Shown piece after piece: positions 52,701-61,567 of a stretch of DNA of 64,000 bases. The first letter of the stretch is position 1; every line of letters begins with the position of its first letter. Position numbers and translations under genes: made by a program. The DNA comes from Thermodesulfobacteriota bacterium (GTDB lineage: Bacteria > Desulfobacterota_D > UBA1144 > Nemesobacterales > Nemesobacteraceae): assembly GCA_965202785.1 (NCBI GenBank), contig OZ241855.1, forward strand, positions 1,504,001 to 1,568,000. Direction: 5' to 3'. The notes beneath the pieces were generated by a model. It worked only from the letters and a program-made list of their open reading frames with translations, was not told the DNA's origin and searched no databases.

Positions 52701-53499
52701 CGGCCAGGCGCTCCTTAAGCGGATAATCCTGGAAAAAGTTTTCACCCCCCGTGCTGTTGTCGGACTCTTTCGCGCAAACAGTGTCGGAGATGATGTTGAA
52801 GTCTATGGAGAAAAAAGAGAGGCTCCGGCAACCGGCAAGGAGTGCGGCTGCCATAGTGCTTGTGAAGTCCATGGAGAAGAAAGACAGCTCCTGGCAACGT
52901 TTCATTTTCTAAGACAGCAGGAGATGCGTTCCAAGCAGGGTTGCTATTACTGTCTTTCAGATTTTGTAGCGCCGAAAGTCTCGGGCAGAGAAGATTACAT
53001 CGGGGGCTTTGTGGTGACCGCGGGTGAAGGAGTCGAGCAATTCTCCGAAGATTTTAAGCGAAAAGGGGATGATTACAATTCGATTATGGCAAGTGTTCTG
53101 GGGGACAGGATAGCCGAAGCTCTTGCCGAGATGATTCATAAAAAAGTAAGGGATCTCTGGGGGTACGGAAAAGATGAAAAGCTCAGTTCCGAAGACCTGA
53201 TAAACGAAAAATACAGGGGCATAAGACCTGCTCCCGGCTACCCTTCATGTCCTGATCACACGGAAAAAAAGATTCTCTGGGATCTTCTCGAGGCGGAAAA
53301 ACACACGGGTGTATCGCTTACTGAGAGTTTCGCCATGACTCCGCCAAGTTCGGTTTCAGGGTTCTACATGGCCCATCCCGAATCAAGATATTTCTTCCTT
53401 GGGAAAATACTGAAAGACCAGATTCTGGATTACGCGAAAAGAAAAACAATCGATCCTGATGAGGCGGAGAAATGGCTCCGACCGAATCTCGGATACTGA
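49729..53499 (+). CDS. metH: Cobalamin-dependent methionine synthase
   Basis: [51 protein letters not shown]. Confidence 0.98.
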   Translation: MSTENSDTKISARLEALSKKRIVFLDGAMGTMIQRHDLGEEDFRGDLFPDHPVDLKGNNDLLSLTRPDVIYEIHRKYFEAGCDIVETNTFSSTSIAQADYGLESWVRALNVESAKLAKKAASDFMEKNPRRICFVAGALGPTNKTASMSPDVNDPSYRAVSFDQLVDAYREQTEALVEGGVDILMPETTFDTLNLKAAIYAIESFFDARGGERIPVMISVTITDRSGRTLSGQTVEAFWNSVRHAKPFSVGINCALGAEEMRPYIEELSRIADCRISCYPNAGLPNPLSETGYDETPEITSALLLDFAESGFVNMVGGCCGTTPEHIEMVVKRLRDVPPREIPVHKDATRLSGLEPLTITSGAEGPFIMVGERTNVTGSPKFARLVKGEDYEGAVSVALQQVENGANIIDVNFDEGLLDSEACMKRFLNLIASEPEVTRVPVMIDSSKWSVIEQGLKCIQGKCIVNSISLKEGEEVFCQQAKAAMRYGASVVVMAFDEKGQAASKEDKVEVCKRAYRILTEEVGMDPCDIIFDPNILTVGTGIEEHNSYAVNYIEAVREIKESCPGALTSGGVSNISFSFRGNNVVREAMHSAFLYHAIKAGLDMGIVNAGMLAVYDDIDPELLEKVEDVLLNRRPDATERLVEHAKHFEGVKSASSEKETKQWRELGVEKRLEHSLVNGIADFIEDDTEEARVKYGAPLNVIEGPLMDGMKVVGDLFGDGKMFLPQVVKSARVMKRAVAHLQPFMEKEKEGSSGVKGKFVIATVKGDVHDIGKNIVSVVLGCNNYEVIDLGVMVPCEKILNVARENRADFIGLSGLITPSLDEMVYNAREMEREGFKIPLLIGGATTSRAHTAIRIAPGYSGIVDHVADASLVVGACNEMLDPERARLYMEKLEQSNSEQRQRFEKARGQTEYASIEEAREKAFPTDWENIEIECPGRLGVFVFDSISLEEVAGYIDWSPFFWAWELKGVFPKILEHPERGDQAKKLYRDGQALLKRIILEKVFTPRAVVGLFRANSVGDDVEVYGEKREAPATGKECGCHSACEVHGEERQLLATFHFLRQQEMRSKQGCYYCLSDFVAPKVSGREDYIGGFVVTAGEGVEQFSEDFKRKGDDYNSIMASVLGDRIAEALAEMIHKKVRDLWGYGKDEKLSSEDLINEKYRGIRPAPGYPSCPDHTEKKILWDLLEAEKHTGVSLTESFAMTPPSSVSGFYMAHPESRYFFLGKILKDQILDYAKRKTIDPDEAEKWLRPNLGY

Positions 53500-53528
53500 G
53501 AATTTTCTTCGCAAAATCGAGGGCTTAC

Positions 53529-53557
53529 TTGACAAACGGCTTTAAAATATCTAGAGT
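53529..53557 (+). promoter_or_regulatory. Sigma70-type promoter of ihfB
   Basis: TTGACA, 17 nt spacer, TAGAGT. Confidence 0.5.
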
Positions 53558-53596
53558 GAAAAATCAGGTCGTAGCCCTACTGATTTTCAAAACGTC

Positions 53597-53887
53597 ATGA
53601 AAAAATCGGACATTGAAAAGGAGCTTTCACGGAAATTTGACCTTAATTCCGTAGAATCCAGAAAGGTTCTGGACGCCATAATTAACGCCATGACCGAGAT
53701 GCTTCGTGATGGGGAAAGAATAGAGATAAGACATTTCGGAAGCTTCTTTACAAAAAATTACGAGCCTTATGAAGGAAGAAATCCCAGAACAGGCGAAAAA
53801 ATATACATCGGCGAAAAAACCCTTCCACTGTTTAGGGTAAGTAGCTGGCTTGCCCCCAAACTTACGGAAAAAAACAGTGATGAATGA
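53597..53887 (+). CDS. ihfB: Integration host factor beta / HU family
   Basis: MKKSDI, GERIEIRHFGSF, GRNPRTGE. Confidence 0.8.
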   Translation: MKKSDIEKELSRKFDLNSVESRKVLDAIINAMTEMLRDGERIEIRHFGSFFTKNYEPYEGRNPRTGEKIYIGEKTLPLFRVSSWLAPKLTEKNSDE

Positions 53888-53937
53888 CAGACCACGGCGT
53901 AGGTCTGCTAACAACCCTTCTTTTATAAGCGTCGCAG

Positions 53938-54453
53938 ATGCCTTTGCTTGAAATCCTTGTTTATCCTGCCCCTGAGCTAAAGAGAAAATCCCTGCCCGTG
54001 GAGGAACTGGGCGAAGACCTTGAACGTCTTCTGGATGATATGACGGAGACGCTCCGCGATGCAGATGGCGTCGGCCTTGCGGCTCCGCAGGTCGGCAGGA
54101 ACGTTCGGGTCCTAGTAGTTGATGTACCTTTACCCGAGAGCGATGAAAAGGAGTTCTATGAGCTCATAAATCCTGAAATTGTTTCCTCCCGAGGGTTCCA
54201 GATGGGAGAGGAAGGTTGTCTCAGCGTGCCTGGATTTTTTGCGAATGTAAGAAGAAAAAACCACGTTCGTGTATCCGCCCTCGACAGAAAAGGAAAGCGT
54301 TTCACGATTGATGCGGACGGAATGTTGTCAAGGGTGCTTCAGCATGAAATTGACCATCTTGATGGTATATTGTTTTTTGACAGGTTAAGACAACTTAAAA
54401 GAGGTCTTCTTATAAAACAGATCAACGAGCGCTTCGTTTCCGCACAGGATTAA
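53938..54453 (+). CDS. def: Peptide deformylase
   Basis: GVGLAAPQVG, EGCLSVPG, QHEIDHLDG. Confidence 0.97.
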   Translation: MPLLEILVYPAPELKRKSLPVEELGEDLERLLDDMTETLRDADGVGLAAPQVGRNVRVLVVDVPLPESDEKEFYELINPEIVSSRGFQMGEEGCLSVPGFFANVRRKNHVRVSALDRKGKRFTIDADGMLSRVLQHEIDHLDGILFFDRLRQLKRGLLIKQINERFVSAQD

Positions 54454-54491
54454 TTTTTTGTTTTGCTTGATTCCGAAAGCGATTTCACGAC

Positions 54492-55637
54492 ATGATTTCA
54501 GATCTGGTTAAAAATATAGAGCCTTTCTACGTAATGGACATCCTCGAGAGGGCAAAGCGCCTTGAGGATGAAGGTCGAGAGGTCATACATTTCGAGGTTG
54601 GAGAACCTGATTTCAATACTCCCGATGAAATATGCTCTGCCGCCGCGAAGTGGATAGAAAAAGGTTACACGAAGTACACAAGCAGTCTTGGGATTGATGA
54701 GCTGCGCCAGAGCGTCGCGGAGGATTACAGCCGTACTTATGGAATAGAAGTGGGGTATGAAAGAGTAATAATAACTATAGGCAGCTCCCCGGCACTCTTG
54801 CTGGCAATGCTGACTGTTCTTAACCCCGGCGATGAAATATTGATAACGGACCCGCATTACGCATGTTATCCGCAGATAGTAAGCGTTGCGAGAGGAGTCG
54901 CAAAGAAAATACCTGTCTACGAAAGTGACGGTTATCAGATTGACCCTGCGGAAGTAAGAAAGAATATCGGAAGAAAAACCAAGGCTATCCTGGTAAATTC
55001 TCCTGCGAACCCCACCGGGGCGGTTATGGACAGAGAAGTTCTCCGGGAACTGTCCGAGATGGGTCTTTTTGTGATTTCGGATGAGATCTACCACGGTCTT
55101 GTCTATGGCGCGCGCGTTAACTCCATTCTGGAATTCACTGACAACGCCATAGCGATAAACGGCTTCGCTAAATTCTACTCCATGACAGGTTGGCGTCTCG
55201 GTTACATGATAGTTCCAGAAGACCTTGTAAGGTACGTGCAGAAACTTCAGCAGAATCTCTTTATTTCCGCCGGATCTTTTGTTCAGAAAGCAGGAGTCGC
55301 CGCTATTGAGGAAGTGAAGAGGGGTGGGGGAAGCGAGGCAATGGTGAATGAGTTTGACAGAAGAAGGAAGGAGATGATAAAAGGGCTTTCCTCTGTTGGG
55401 TTTGATATTTCGGTTGAACCCAAGGGGGCGTTCTACGTTTTCGTGAATTCCTCTCGATGGAGCCGGGATTCCTGGAGTCTCGCGTTTGATATTCTTGAGA
55501 ACTGCCACGTGGGTGTAACTCCCGGGATAGATTTTAGCGACAGGGGGAGGGATTATCTCAGGTTTTCCTATACGACGTCGCTTGACTCCATACGGGAAGG
55601 GATAAGAAGATTGGGCGAGTTCTTGGGCGAATTCTGA
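54492..55637 (+). CDS. Class I/II PLP aminotransferase (AspAT-like)
   Basis: GEPDF, NSPANPTG, SDEIYHG, AKFYSMTGWRLG. Confidence 0.9.
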   Translation: MISDLVKNIEPFYVMDILERAKRLEDEGREVIHFEVGEPDFNTPDEICSAAAKWIEKGYTKYTSSLGIDELRQSVAEDYSRTYGIEVGYERVIITIGSSPALLLAMLTVLNPGDEILITDPHYACYPQIVSVARGVAKKIPVYESDGYQIDPAEVRKNIGRKTKAILVNSPANPTGAVMDREVLRELSEMGLFVISDEIYHGLVYGARVNSILEFTDNAIAINGFAKFYSMTGWRLGYMIVPEDLVRYVQKLQQNLFISAGSFVQKAGVAAIEEVKRGGGSEAMVNEFDRRRKEMIKGLSSVGFDISVEPKGAFYVFVNSSRWSRDSWSLAFDILENCHVGVTPGIDFSDRGRDYLRFSYTTSLDSIREGIRRLGEFLGEF

Positions 55638-55768
55638 AAAAGAAAAAGACCCGTTCATTCAAGTTTGAAGTATGACATTCTTAATCTAATACAGAAACAA
55701 TTTTGTAATTACAGGTATCAGTTTTGTAGGTTGTTGCACTTGAAAGTTGATAGGGTACTGTCATCCCG

Positions 55769-56686
55769 ATGAATAAAATAAAAAAATATTGTCTGCCACT
55801 TTTGTTTGGAGTCGGCATTTGTTTGTTGTTTCTTCTTGGGGACTCAGATAAACCCAATAATGTTGTAGAGAAAAAAGATGTCGTGACGGAGAAAATTGAA
55901 AAGACAGATGTAACAATGGAAAAACCTGAGAAAACAAACGCTGAGATTCTTGAGAACTGGGACGAAAAACTAGACGGCATAATTCTTGTAAAGTGGGAAC
56001 ATTCAACAAAAAAAGACAGAAGCGAAAAGGATGAATATGCTCTCACTTACAAAGATGGTGAAATAACTCTCTGGGTATCTTTTCGCTTTCGTAATGGTCA
56101 GAAAACGGTTCCGATATCTTTAACTCAGATTGAACGCCCTACGGGAAACCCTAATGAACGAAAGTTTGAGAATGAACCCGAAGCCTGTTCTCTTTGTGAG
56201 TATCGCATAATTTCAAAAAACGGAACCGTCAAAGTGTTTGACTGGGCTGGAAATCTGCTATATACCGAATTGTCAACTTATATGCATTCTGACGTAATGA
56301 AAATCGGGAAGAATATACAGGTAAAAGAATGTGTCCCAGTAGAACTTTCCCCTGCTTCGCTTGAAACTATACGATTATATAGGCAGTTACATGCCTTTAA
56401 GAACGACAAGAAGTTTGCTCAAATGGGATTCGCTCCTAACGGACCATACCATGTCTGGATGGAGATGATCAGTAAAGTTTCTCGTGAATCCGGTCTGGAT
56501 GTTCTTGCCGAATTGTCTTTCTCCGCAGGTCATGTTGAGAGTTTGGGGATGAATTACATGCAGTTAATATCAGCGGAAGAAGGATTGAGTAGAGATGTCA
56601 GTAAAAGTACTTTGGATTATATTCAATGGGCAGAAAACACTATACAAGCAGGTATCGCTAATGCCACTTGCCAGAGAGAGTTTTGA
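55769..56686 (+). CDS. Hypothetical exported/membrane-anchored protein
   Basis: 305 aa ORF with an N-terminal basic plus hydrophobic segment; no recognised family; AT-rich. Confidence 0.65.
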   Translation: MNKIKKYCLPLLFGVGICLLFLLGDSDKPNNVVEKKDVVTEKIEKTDVTMEKPEKTNAEILENWDEKLDGIILVKWEHSTKKDRSEKDEYALTYKDGEITLWVSFRFRNGQKTVPISLTQIERPTGNPNERKFENEPEACSLCEYRIISKNGTVKVFDWAGNLLYTELSTYMHSDVMKIGKNIQVKECVPVELSPASLETIRLYRQLHAFKNDKKFAQMGFAPNGPYHVWMEMISKVSRESGLDVLAELSFSAGHVESLGMNYMQLISAEEGLSRDVSKSTLDYIQWAENTIQAGIANATCQREF

Positions 56687-56713
56687 AAACAAATTTTCGT
56701 CACGGGGCGTTAA

Positions 56714-57508
56714 ATGGATAAAAAGTTTGTCGTTGGAAACTGGAAAATGAATTTGCTTCGGGAGGAAGCACTGGAGTTGTCCAGTGCGATAGTCAGCCTG
56801 CTTGGAGAAAACTACAACGCATGTCAGGTAGTACTCGTGCCTCCCTATACGGTTCTCGACGTGGTAAACAGACGCATCTCGGGTTCAAACATAGATCTTG
56901 GGGCCCAGAACGTTTTCGGCAGGATAAGCGGAGCATTCACTGGTGAGATCTCAGCACCGATGCTTTTGGACGCCGGATGCCATTGGGCTATCGTTGGCCA
57001 TTCGGAAAGAAGGCACATACTTGGGGAGACTGATGAACAGATCCGTGAAAAGCTTCTGCTATCAATCTCCTGCGGGCTAAGAGTAATTCTCTGCGTGGGA
57101 GAAACCGAAGTCCAGAGAGAAGAAGCAATCCGCGGAAGTGAATACATTTCGACGAGAAAAGAACTGCTCTTCTCGCCGATAAAGATCCAGATAGAAAATG
57201 CGCTGCACGATCTGGATGAAGAACAGATTTCAGATGTCGTTATAGCATACGAGCCGGTCTGGGCCATAGGAACGGGGAAAAACGCCACTTCTTCGGAAAT
57301 AGATGAGATTCACGGATATATACGGGAGCTTTTAACCGGGATGTTTCCCCGTCTAGGCAATAGCGTGAAAATTCTATATGGCGGAAGCGTCAAAACGGGT
57401 AATATAGAAGGGATAATGTCTGTTGATGAAGTTGACGGGGTCCTGGTTGGAGGAGCAAGTCTTTCAGCTGACTCTTTTTTTAGAATAATAAAATCCGTGG
57501 GGGGTTAG
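56714..57508 (+). CDS. tpiA: Triosephosphate isomerase
   Basis: GNWKMN, GHSERR, AYEPVWAIGTG, YGGSV, LVGGASL. Confidence 0.97.
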   Translation: MDKKFVVGNWKMNLLREEALELSSAIVSLLGENYNACQVVLVPPYTVLDVVNRRISGSNIDLGAQNVFGRISGAFTGEISAPMLLDAGCHWAIVGHSERRHILGETDEQIREKLLLSISCGLRVILCVGETEVQREEAIRGSEYISTRKELLFSPIKIQIENALHDLDEEQISDVVIAYEPVWAIGTGKNATSSEIDEIHGYIRELLTGMFPRLGNSVKILYGGSVKTGNIEGIMSVDEVDGVLVGGASLSADSFFRIIKSVGG

Positions 57509-57511
57509 AAA

Positions 57512-57850
57512 TTGGAGTTCTTAATACCGTCGGTGAAAATTATTCATATTGTTGTCAGTATCCTTCTTGTACTGATCATACTGCTTCAGCCAAGCAAGTC
57601 CGCAGACATAGGTTCAATGTTTGGAGGCGGAAGTTCGGAATCGCTTTTTGGTTCAAGCGGCGCAATGCCTTTTCTTGTAAAGATGACCAGGCTTTTTGGG
57701 CTTATATTTGTAATCACCTCGCTTTTTCTCGGTTACACTTCCGTAAAATCGATATCGGGTTCGGTGGTGGAGAAATCGCCGATTGAAGTGTTTGAAGAAA
57801 CCGCTCCGCCTGTCGAAGAACCCTTGGAACCTTCTCAGGGAGGAGAATGA
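57512..57850 (+). CDS. secG: Preprotein translocase subunit SecG
   Basis: ILLQ..K.ADIGSMFGGGSSESLFGSSG; two TM segments; follows tpiA. Confidence 0.92.
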   Translation: MEFLIPSVKIIHIVVSILLVLIILLQPSKSADIGSMFGGGSSESLFGSSGAMPFLVKMTRLFGLIFVITSLFLGYTSVKSISGSVVEKSPIEVFEETAPPVEEPLEPSQGGE

Positions 57851-57957
57851 ACATAGAGGAACCGGTTGACCGGATGCCTTTTATTTGAAAGTTCTTTAGT
57901 TAGTATAGAAATAGTAAGTTAATACAGTAGTAACGTGCCAATTCGGAGGTTTTAAAG

Positions 57958-58224
57958 ATGGCATACATAATTGCCGAACCATGTATCGGAGTGAAGGACA
58001 AGGCTTGTGTTGAAGCGTGCCCGGTTGACTGCATATATGAGGGAGATGATCAGTTGATCATACATCCTGATGAATGTATAGACTGCGGAGCGTGCGTAGA
58101 CCCCTGTCCAGTGGATGCCATATTTCACGAAGATGAATTGCCTGATAAATGGCAGAAATTCATTGACATAAACAAAGATTTCTTCGAGGGCAAAGAAGGT
58201 CTTGAACCGGCCAGAAATGACTAA
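57958..58224 (+). CDS. 7Fe-type ferredoxin
   Basis: AYIIAEPC...[11 protein letters not shown]...[20 protein letters not shown]. Confidence 0.93.
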   Translation: MAYIIAEPCIGVKDKACVEACPVDCIYEGDDQLIIHPDECIDCGACVDPCPVDAIFHEDELPDKWQKFIDINKDFFEGKEGLEPARND

Positions 58225-58251
58225 AATTCAGTAAGAACGGACTTTAAAGAG

Positions 58252-58294
58252 AAAAAAAGGGGGGACTTGAAAGTTTCATTTCCCCCCTTTTTTT
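58252..58294 (+). terminator. Intrinsic terminator (potentially bidirectional) after ferredoxin
   Basis: A7-GGGGGGA...TCCCCCC-T7 inverted repeat. Confidence 0.8.
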
Positions 58295-58425
58295 ATGTCT
58301 TCGGGAAAATACTTCTATGCGGATAAGATGACAGTGTGGAAAAAGCTCAGAAGAAGTTCCCTTGCGCTTCAGACTGCATCAGCTTGTAGCTTAAAAAGTT
58401 TTACGTATATATTTTGCTGTTCAAG

Positions 58426-59076
58426 ATGAATATCCAAGATCTAAAAAAGAAAGTGCGGAAGGTTCTTCAATTTCTGAAGAAATCCTACCCCGACGCAAAA
58501 TGTCATCTTGTTTTTAACAATGCATCAGAGCTTCTGATCGGGTCTATTCTCTCTGCTCAGTGTACGGATAAACGAGTAAATATGATAACCCCGGGGCTCT
58601 TCAAGAAGTACCCGAACCTAAGGGCGTTTTCTCGTGCATCGGAAGAAGAACTCCAAAACGACGTAAGATCAACAGGTTTTTACAGAAACAAGGCAAAAGC
58701 GATAATAAACTGTTCAAGGGAGATAATACAAAAACACAAGGGGAAAGTCCCTTGCGAAATGGAAGAGCTGGTCAAACTTCCAGGAGTCGGAAGGAAAACG
58801 GCAAATGTTATAATTGGCAATTATTTCAGGAAACCCGGAATAATAGTTGATACCCATATAATGAGGCTAAGCCGCAGACTTGGTCTCACCTCGAATTCCG
58901 ATCCCGTTAAGATTGAATTCGATCTTAGAGGGTGCATTCCAGAAAAAGACTGGACGTTTTTTTCAAATTCCCTGGGTGATCACGGGAGAAATGTCTGCAA
59001 GGCGAGAAAGCCCATGTGTTCAAAGTGCGGAATATCCCACGTATGTCTTTATTTCGAGGAGCTTTACGCATCGTGA
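58426..59076 (+). CDS. nth: Endonuclease III
   Basis: ILSAQCTDKRVN, HhH LPGVGRKTAN, VDTH, C-terminal C..RKP.C..C.....C. Confidence 0.96.
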   Translation: MNIQDLKKKVRKVLQFLKKSYPDAKCHLVFNNASELLIGSILSAQCTDKRVNMITPGLFKKYPNLRAFSRASEEELQNDVRSTGFYRNKAKAIINCSREIIQKHKGKVPCEMEELVKLPGVGRKTANVIIGNYFRKPGIIVDTHIMRLSRRLGLTSNSDPVKIEFDLRGCIPEKDWTFFSNSLGDHGRNVCKARKPMCSKCGISHVCLYFEELYAS

Positions 59077-59185
59077 GAGCTGTTAGTGCTAAAGAGATTC
59101 TCGGAAAACGCTTCGGGCGCAAAACCATTGGGTATTCACACCCGGTTTTCAAAATAATCACGGAAGACAGGGGGAAGAAAAGCAC

Positions 59186-59422
59186 ATGAATTCCGGCACT
59201 GATTATTCTGGATTTTTTCCTTTTGGATGGCTGAGGGACTTCCGGGGGGATAACTGGCAGATTTTCTGGAACAAGAAAACGGGGCATCTTTTTCTCAAAG
59301 CCACCGCAGAAAACACGCTCATAAAGATTGGTGAGGCCCCGGACTGGATGGAAGCGAAGAAAAAAGCTGATTTTCTAATGCAGAATCCTGATTCGGTCAC
59401 AATAGAAACTGCAGATTGCTGA
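59186..59422 (+). CDS. Small hypothetical protein
   Basis: 78 aa ORF filling the intergenic gap, purine-rich upstream region, protein-like composition. Confidence 0.55.
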   Translation: MNSGTDYSGFFPFGWLRDFRGDNWQIFWNKKTGHLFLKATAENTLIKIGEAPDWMEAKKKADFLMQNPDSVTIETADC

Positions 59423-59562
59423 ATTTGCCGCTTTTAGGCAAACGATTCGGGAGATCCCTGAATCCTAAGGCTCTTATCATCATCTGAGTTCATCACTACC
59501 GCTATTGACTTGCCCGCGGGAGTTTTATAATATCAGTACTTCTTAAAACACCGTGTCTAATC

Positions 59563-60465
59563 ATGAAATACGTAGAGCAGGAACTGATTTCCGTACCAGT
59601 CGGGAAAGGAAAGGTTAACGCCCTCTACTACAGAGCGCTTAATAACGACTCCGAAAAAAGAAAGACTATAATTATCCATGTCCACGGGTTTTTGGGGAAC
59701 TTTCTTGACGGAAGCCAGAGATTCCTACCACCGATCCTTGCCAAGGCAGGCTACTCATCTATTGCGATAAATACCAGACTGGCCAATTTCGGGCTTTTCT
59801 TCGGTTTTGGAATAGTGGATGACACTATTTCGCAGATAGACGGCGTAGTGAAGTATCTGGGGGAAATCGGTTACGAGAAAATAATTATTTCCGGTTACAG
59901 CCTGGGTGGAGGAGTAATTCTCAGGTATCTCTCCGTAAAAAGCCGCCAACAGGACTCCGATGAGTCGGAACTGCTAAAGGGTGTGATTGCCCTCGCTACT
60001 CCTTATTCTATCCCGGACTCGATAAGAAGAAGATGGAATAAGTGGGAAAGCCAGCCTTCCTACGATGAGGTGTACGAGGAAGCGAAGATGATACTTGGCG
60101 ATAATCCCCATGATTCAAAGCAGGACAGAACGATTCTTATTTTCAGGGCCAGGGGGAACTCCTACCGGCCGGAGCACACCGAAATATATACTTACAAGAC
60201 ATGGTGGTTTCTCGCCGGTCCGGAGGCGGAAGCCGTAAAGAGCTATGAGCAGATAAAGAACATAAAACTGCCGATTCTTCTAATGCAAGGCTGGAACGAT
60301 ACGTTTGTAAAACCCGATGAGACCCATAATCTTGCGCAAATAGCCATAGACAACGGAAATGACGACGTTTCCGCATATTATCTCAATACCGGTCATACCC
60401 TCGAGGGAAAAGAAGAGGAAATGGGCGATATTATAATAAGATGGCTTGACAGAAGATTCATCTGA
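59563..60465 (+). CDS. Alpha/beta hydrolase
   Basis: HVHGFLG, nucleophile GYSLG, QGWND, TGH. Confidence 0.8.
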   Translation: MKYVEQELISVPVGKGKVNALYYRALNNDSEKRKTIIIHVHGFLGNFLDGSQRFLPPILAKAGYSSIAINTRLANFGLFFGFGIVDDTISQIDGVVKYLGEIGYEKIIISGYSLGGGVILRYLSVKSRQQDSDESELLKGVIALATPYSIPDSIRRRWNKWESQPSYDEVYEEAKMILGDNPHDSKQDRTILIFRARGNSYRPEHTEIYTYKTWWFLAGPEAEAVKSYEQIKNIKLPILLMQGWNDTFVKPDETHNLAQIAIDNGNDDVSAYYLNTGHTLEGKEEEMGDIIIRWLDRRFI

Positions 60466-61375
60466 TTCTGCGATGGTAAACGAACAGAAGAGTCTCCTTA
60501 CATACAAGACTGAAGATGGATTCGAAGTGAATTCTCTCCTTGTCACCCCGGAGTTCGCATCAGAAGAAGATCTTTACGAATCTCCCATAATCATAAACCT
60601 CTACGGAGTATTGGGGCACTTCCTCACCAGGGGGACCCCTGTTAGGCTTCCCCCGCTCCTCAGGGAAAAAAATATAAGCACGCTTTCTGTAAACACCCGT
60701 ATGGCGTTTATGGGTCAGATAATGGGCGAGGGGATTTTTCCTAAAACGATTCATGAAATGAAAGAATCGGTGAATATTCTTCAAAAAGAAGGATTTCGCA
60801 ACATTTTCATGCTGGGCTACAGTCTAGGGGCTAACATGGCTGTCTACTACGCGTCCCAGACTGATTCTTCCGGAATAAAAGGGCTTATACTTGAAGGGTG
60901 TTCTTACTCTCTGCCGTATTCACAGCAAAGAAGGCTTGAGAAAAACAGGAGCATTCCATCCTATGACGATATTTATCTGAAAGCCAGAGAAGTTCTGGGT
61001 CCGAATCCGGAGAAAAAGAAAAACGACCAGGTATTTATCGTCTACAGGGCCTGGGGGGATTCTTTCAATCCCGTTGATGGAGAGATGTTTACTTACAGAA
61101 CTTGGTGGTTCATGAGAGGACCCCAGGCCTACCATGCGAAAACCTGTGAAATTATAGAAGATGTGAAGGTTCCCGTTCTCTTTATCCACGGAGAAAACGA
61201 CGACATCGTTGATGTGTGGGAACCCAAGGAACTTAAAAACATAATGAATCAGGCGGGCAACGAAGATGTAACGCTACGCTACATACCGGGAGCGAAACAC
61301 GACTGCGTAGAGAATCCTAAAGACTCGATAGATGCCATAACGAAGTGGATATCGGAAGTTAATGCGAAGATATAA
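60446..61375 (+). CDS. Alpha/beta hydrolase (paralog of the upstream gene)
   Basis: GYSLG, IHGENDD, GAKH; start may be ATG 60473. Confidence 0.8.
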   Translation: MTEDSSDSAMVNEQKSLLTYKTEDGFEVNSLLVTPEFASEEDLYESPIIINLYGVLGHFLTRGTPVRLPPLLREKNISTLSVNTRMAFMGQIMGEGIFPKTIHEMKESVNILQKEGFRNIFMLGYSLGANMAVYYASQTDSSGIKGLILEGCSYSLPYSQQRRLEKNRSIPSYDDIYLKAREVLGPNPEKKKNDQVFIVYRAWGDSFNPVDGEMFTYRTWWFMRGPQAYHAKTCEIIEDVKVPVLFIHGENDDIVDVWEPKELKNIMNQAGNEDVTLRYIPGAKHDCVENPKDSIDAITKWISEVNAKI

Positions 61376-61567
61376 AATCGGATGAGTTCTGCGTTTGGGT
61401 CTCGGGATTCTGGGAATTGAACCGGAATATGGAATTAAGTTTGCTTTTTTGTTCTTGAAAAAAGGGAAACTTTATATATCTTACAACTCCTTTAATAAAA
61501 CAGTTGACTTTTCCCTGGATTTTTACTCATAAATCTGTAGGCAACAGGGAATTTGGAGGCGACGACC

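Noticed and set aside
54498-55658. 386 aa antisense ORF covering the aminotransferase
   Set aside because: Codon-register mirror of the sense gene with no recognisable motifs; long antisense frames are common in this window.
58295-58429. 44 aa ORF whose stop overlaps the nth start (ATGA)
   Set aside because: It starts immediately after a terminator T-tract with no RBS and has no recognisable motif.
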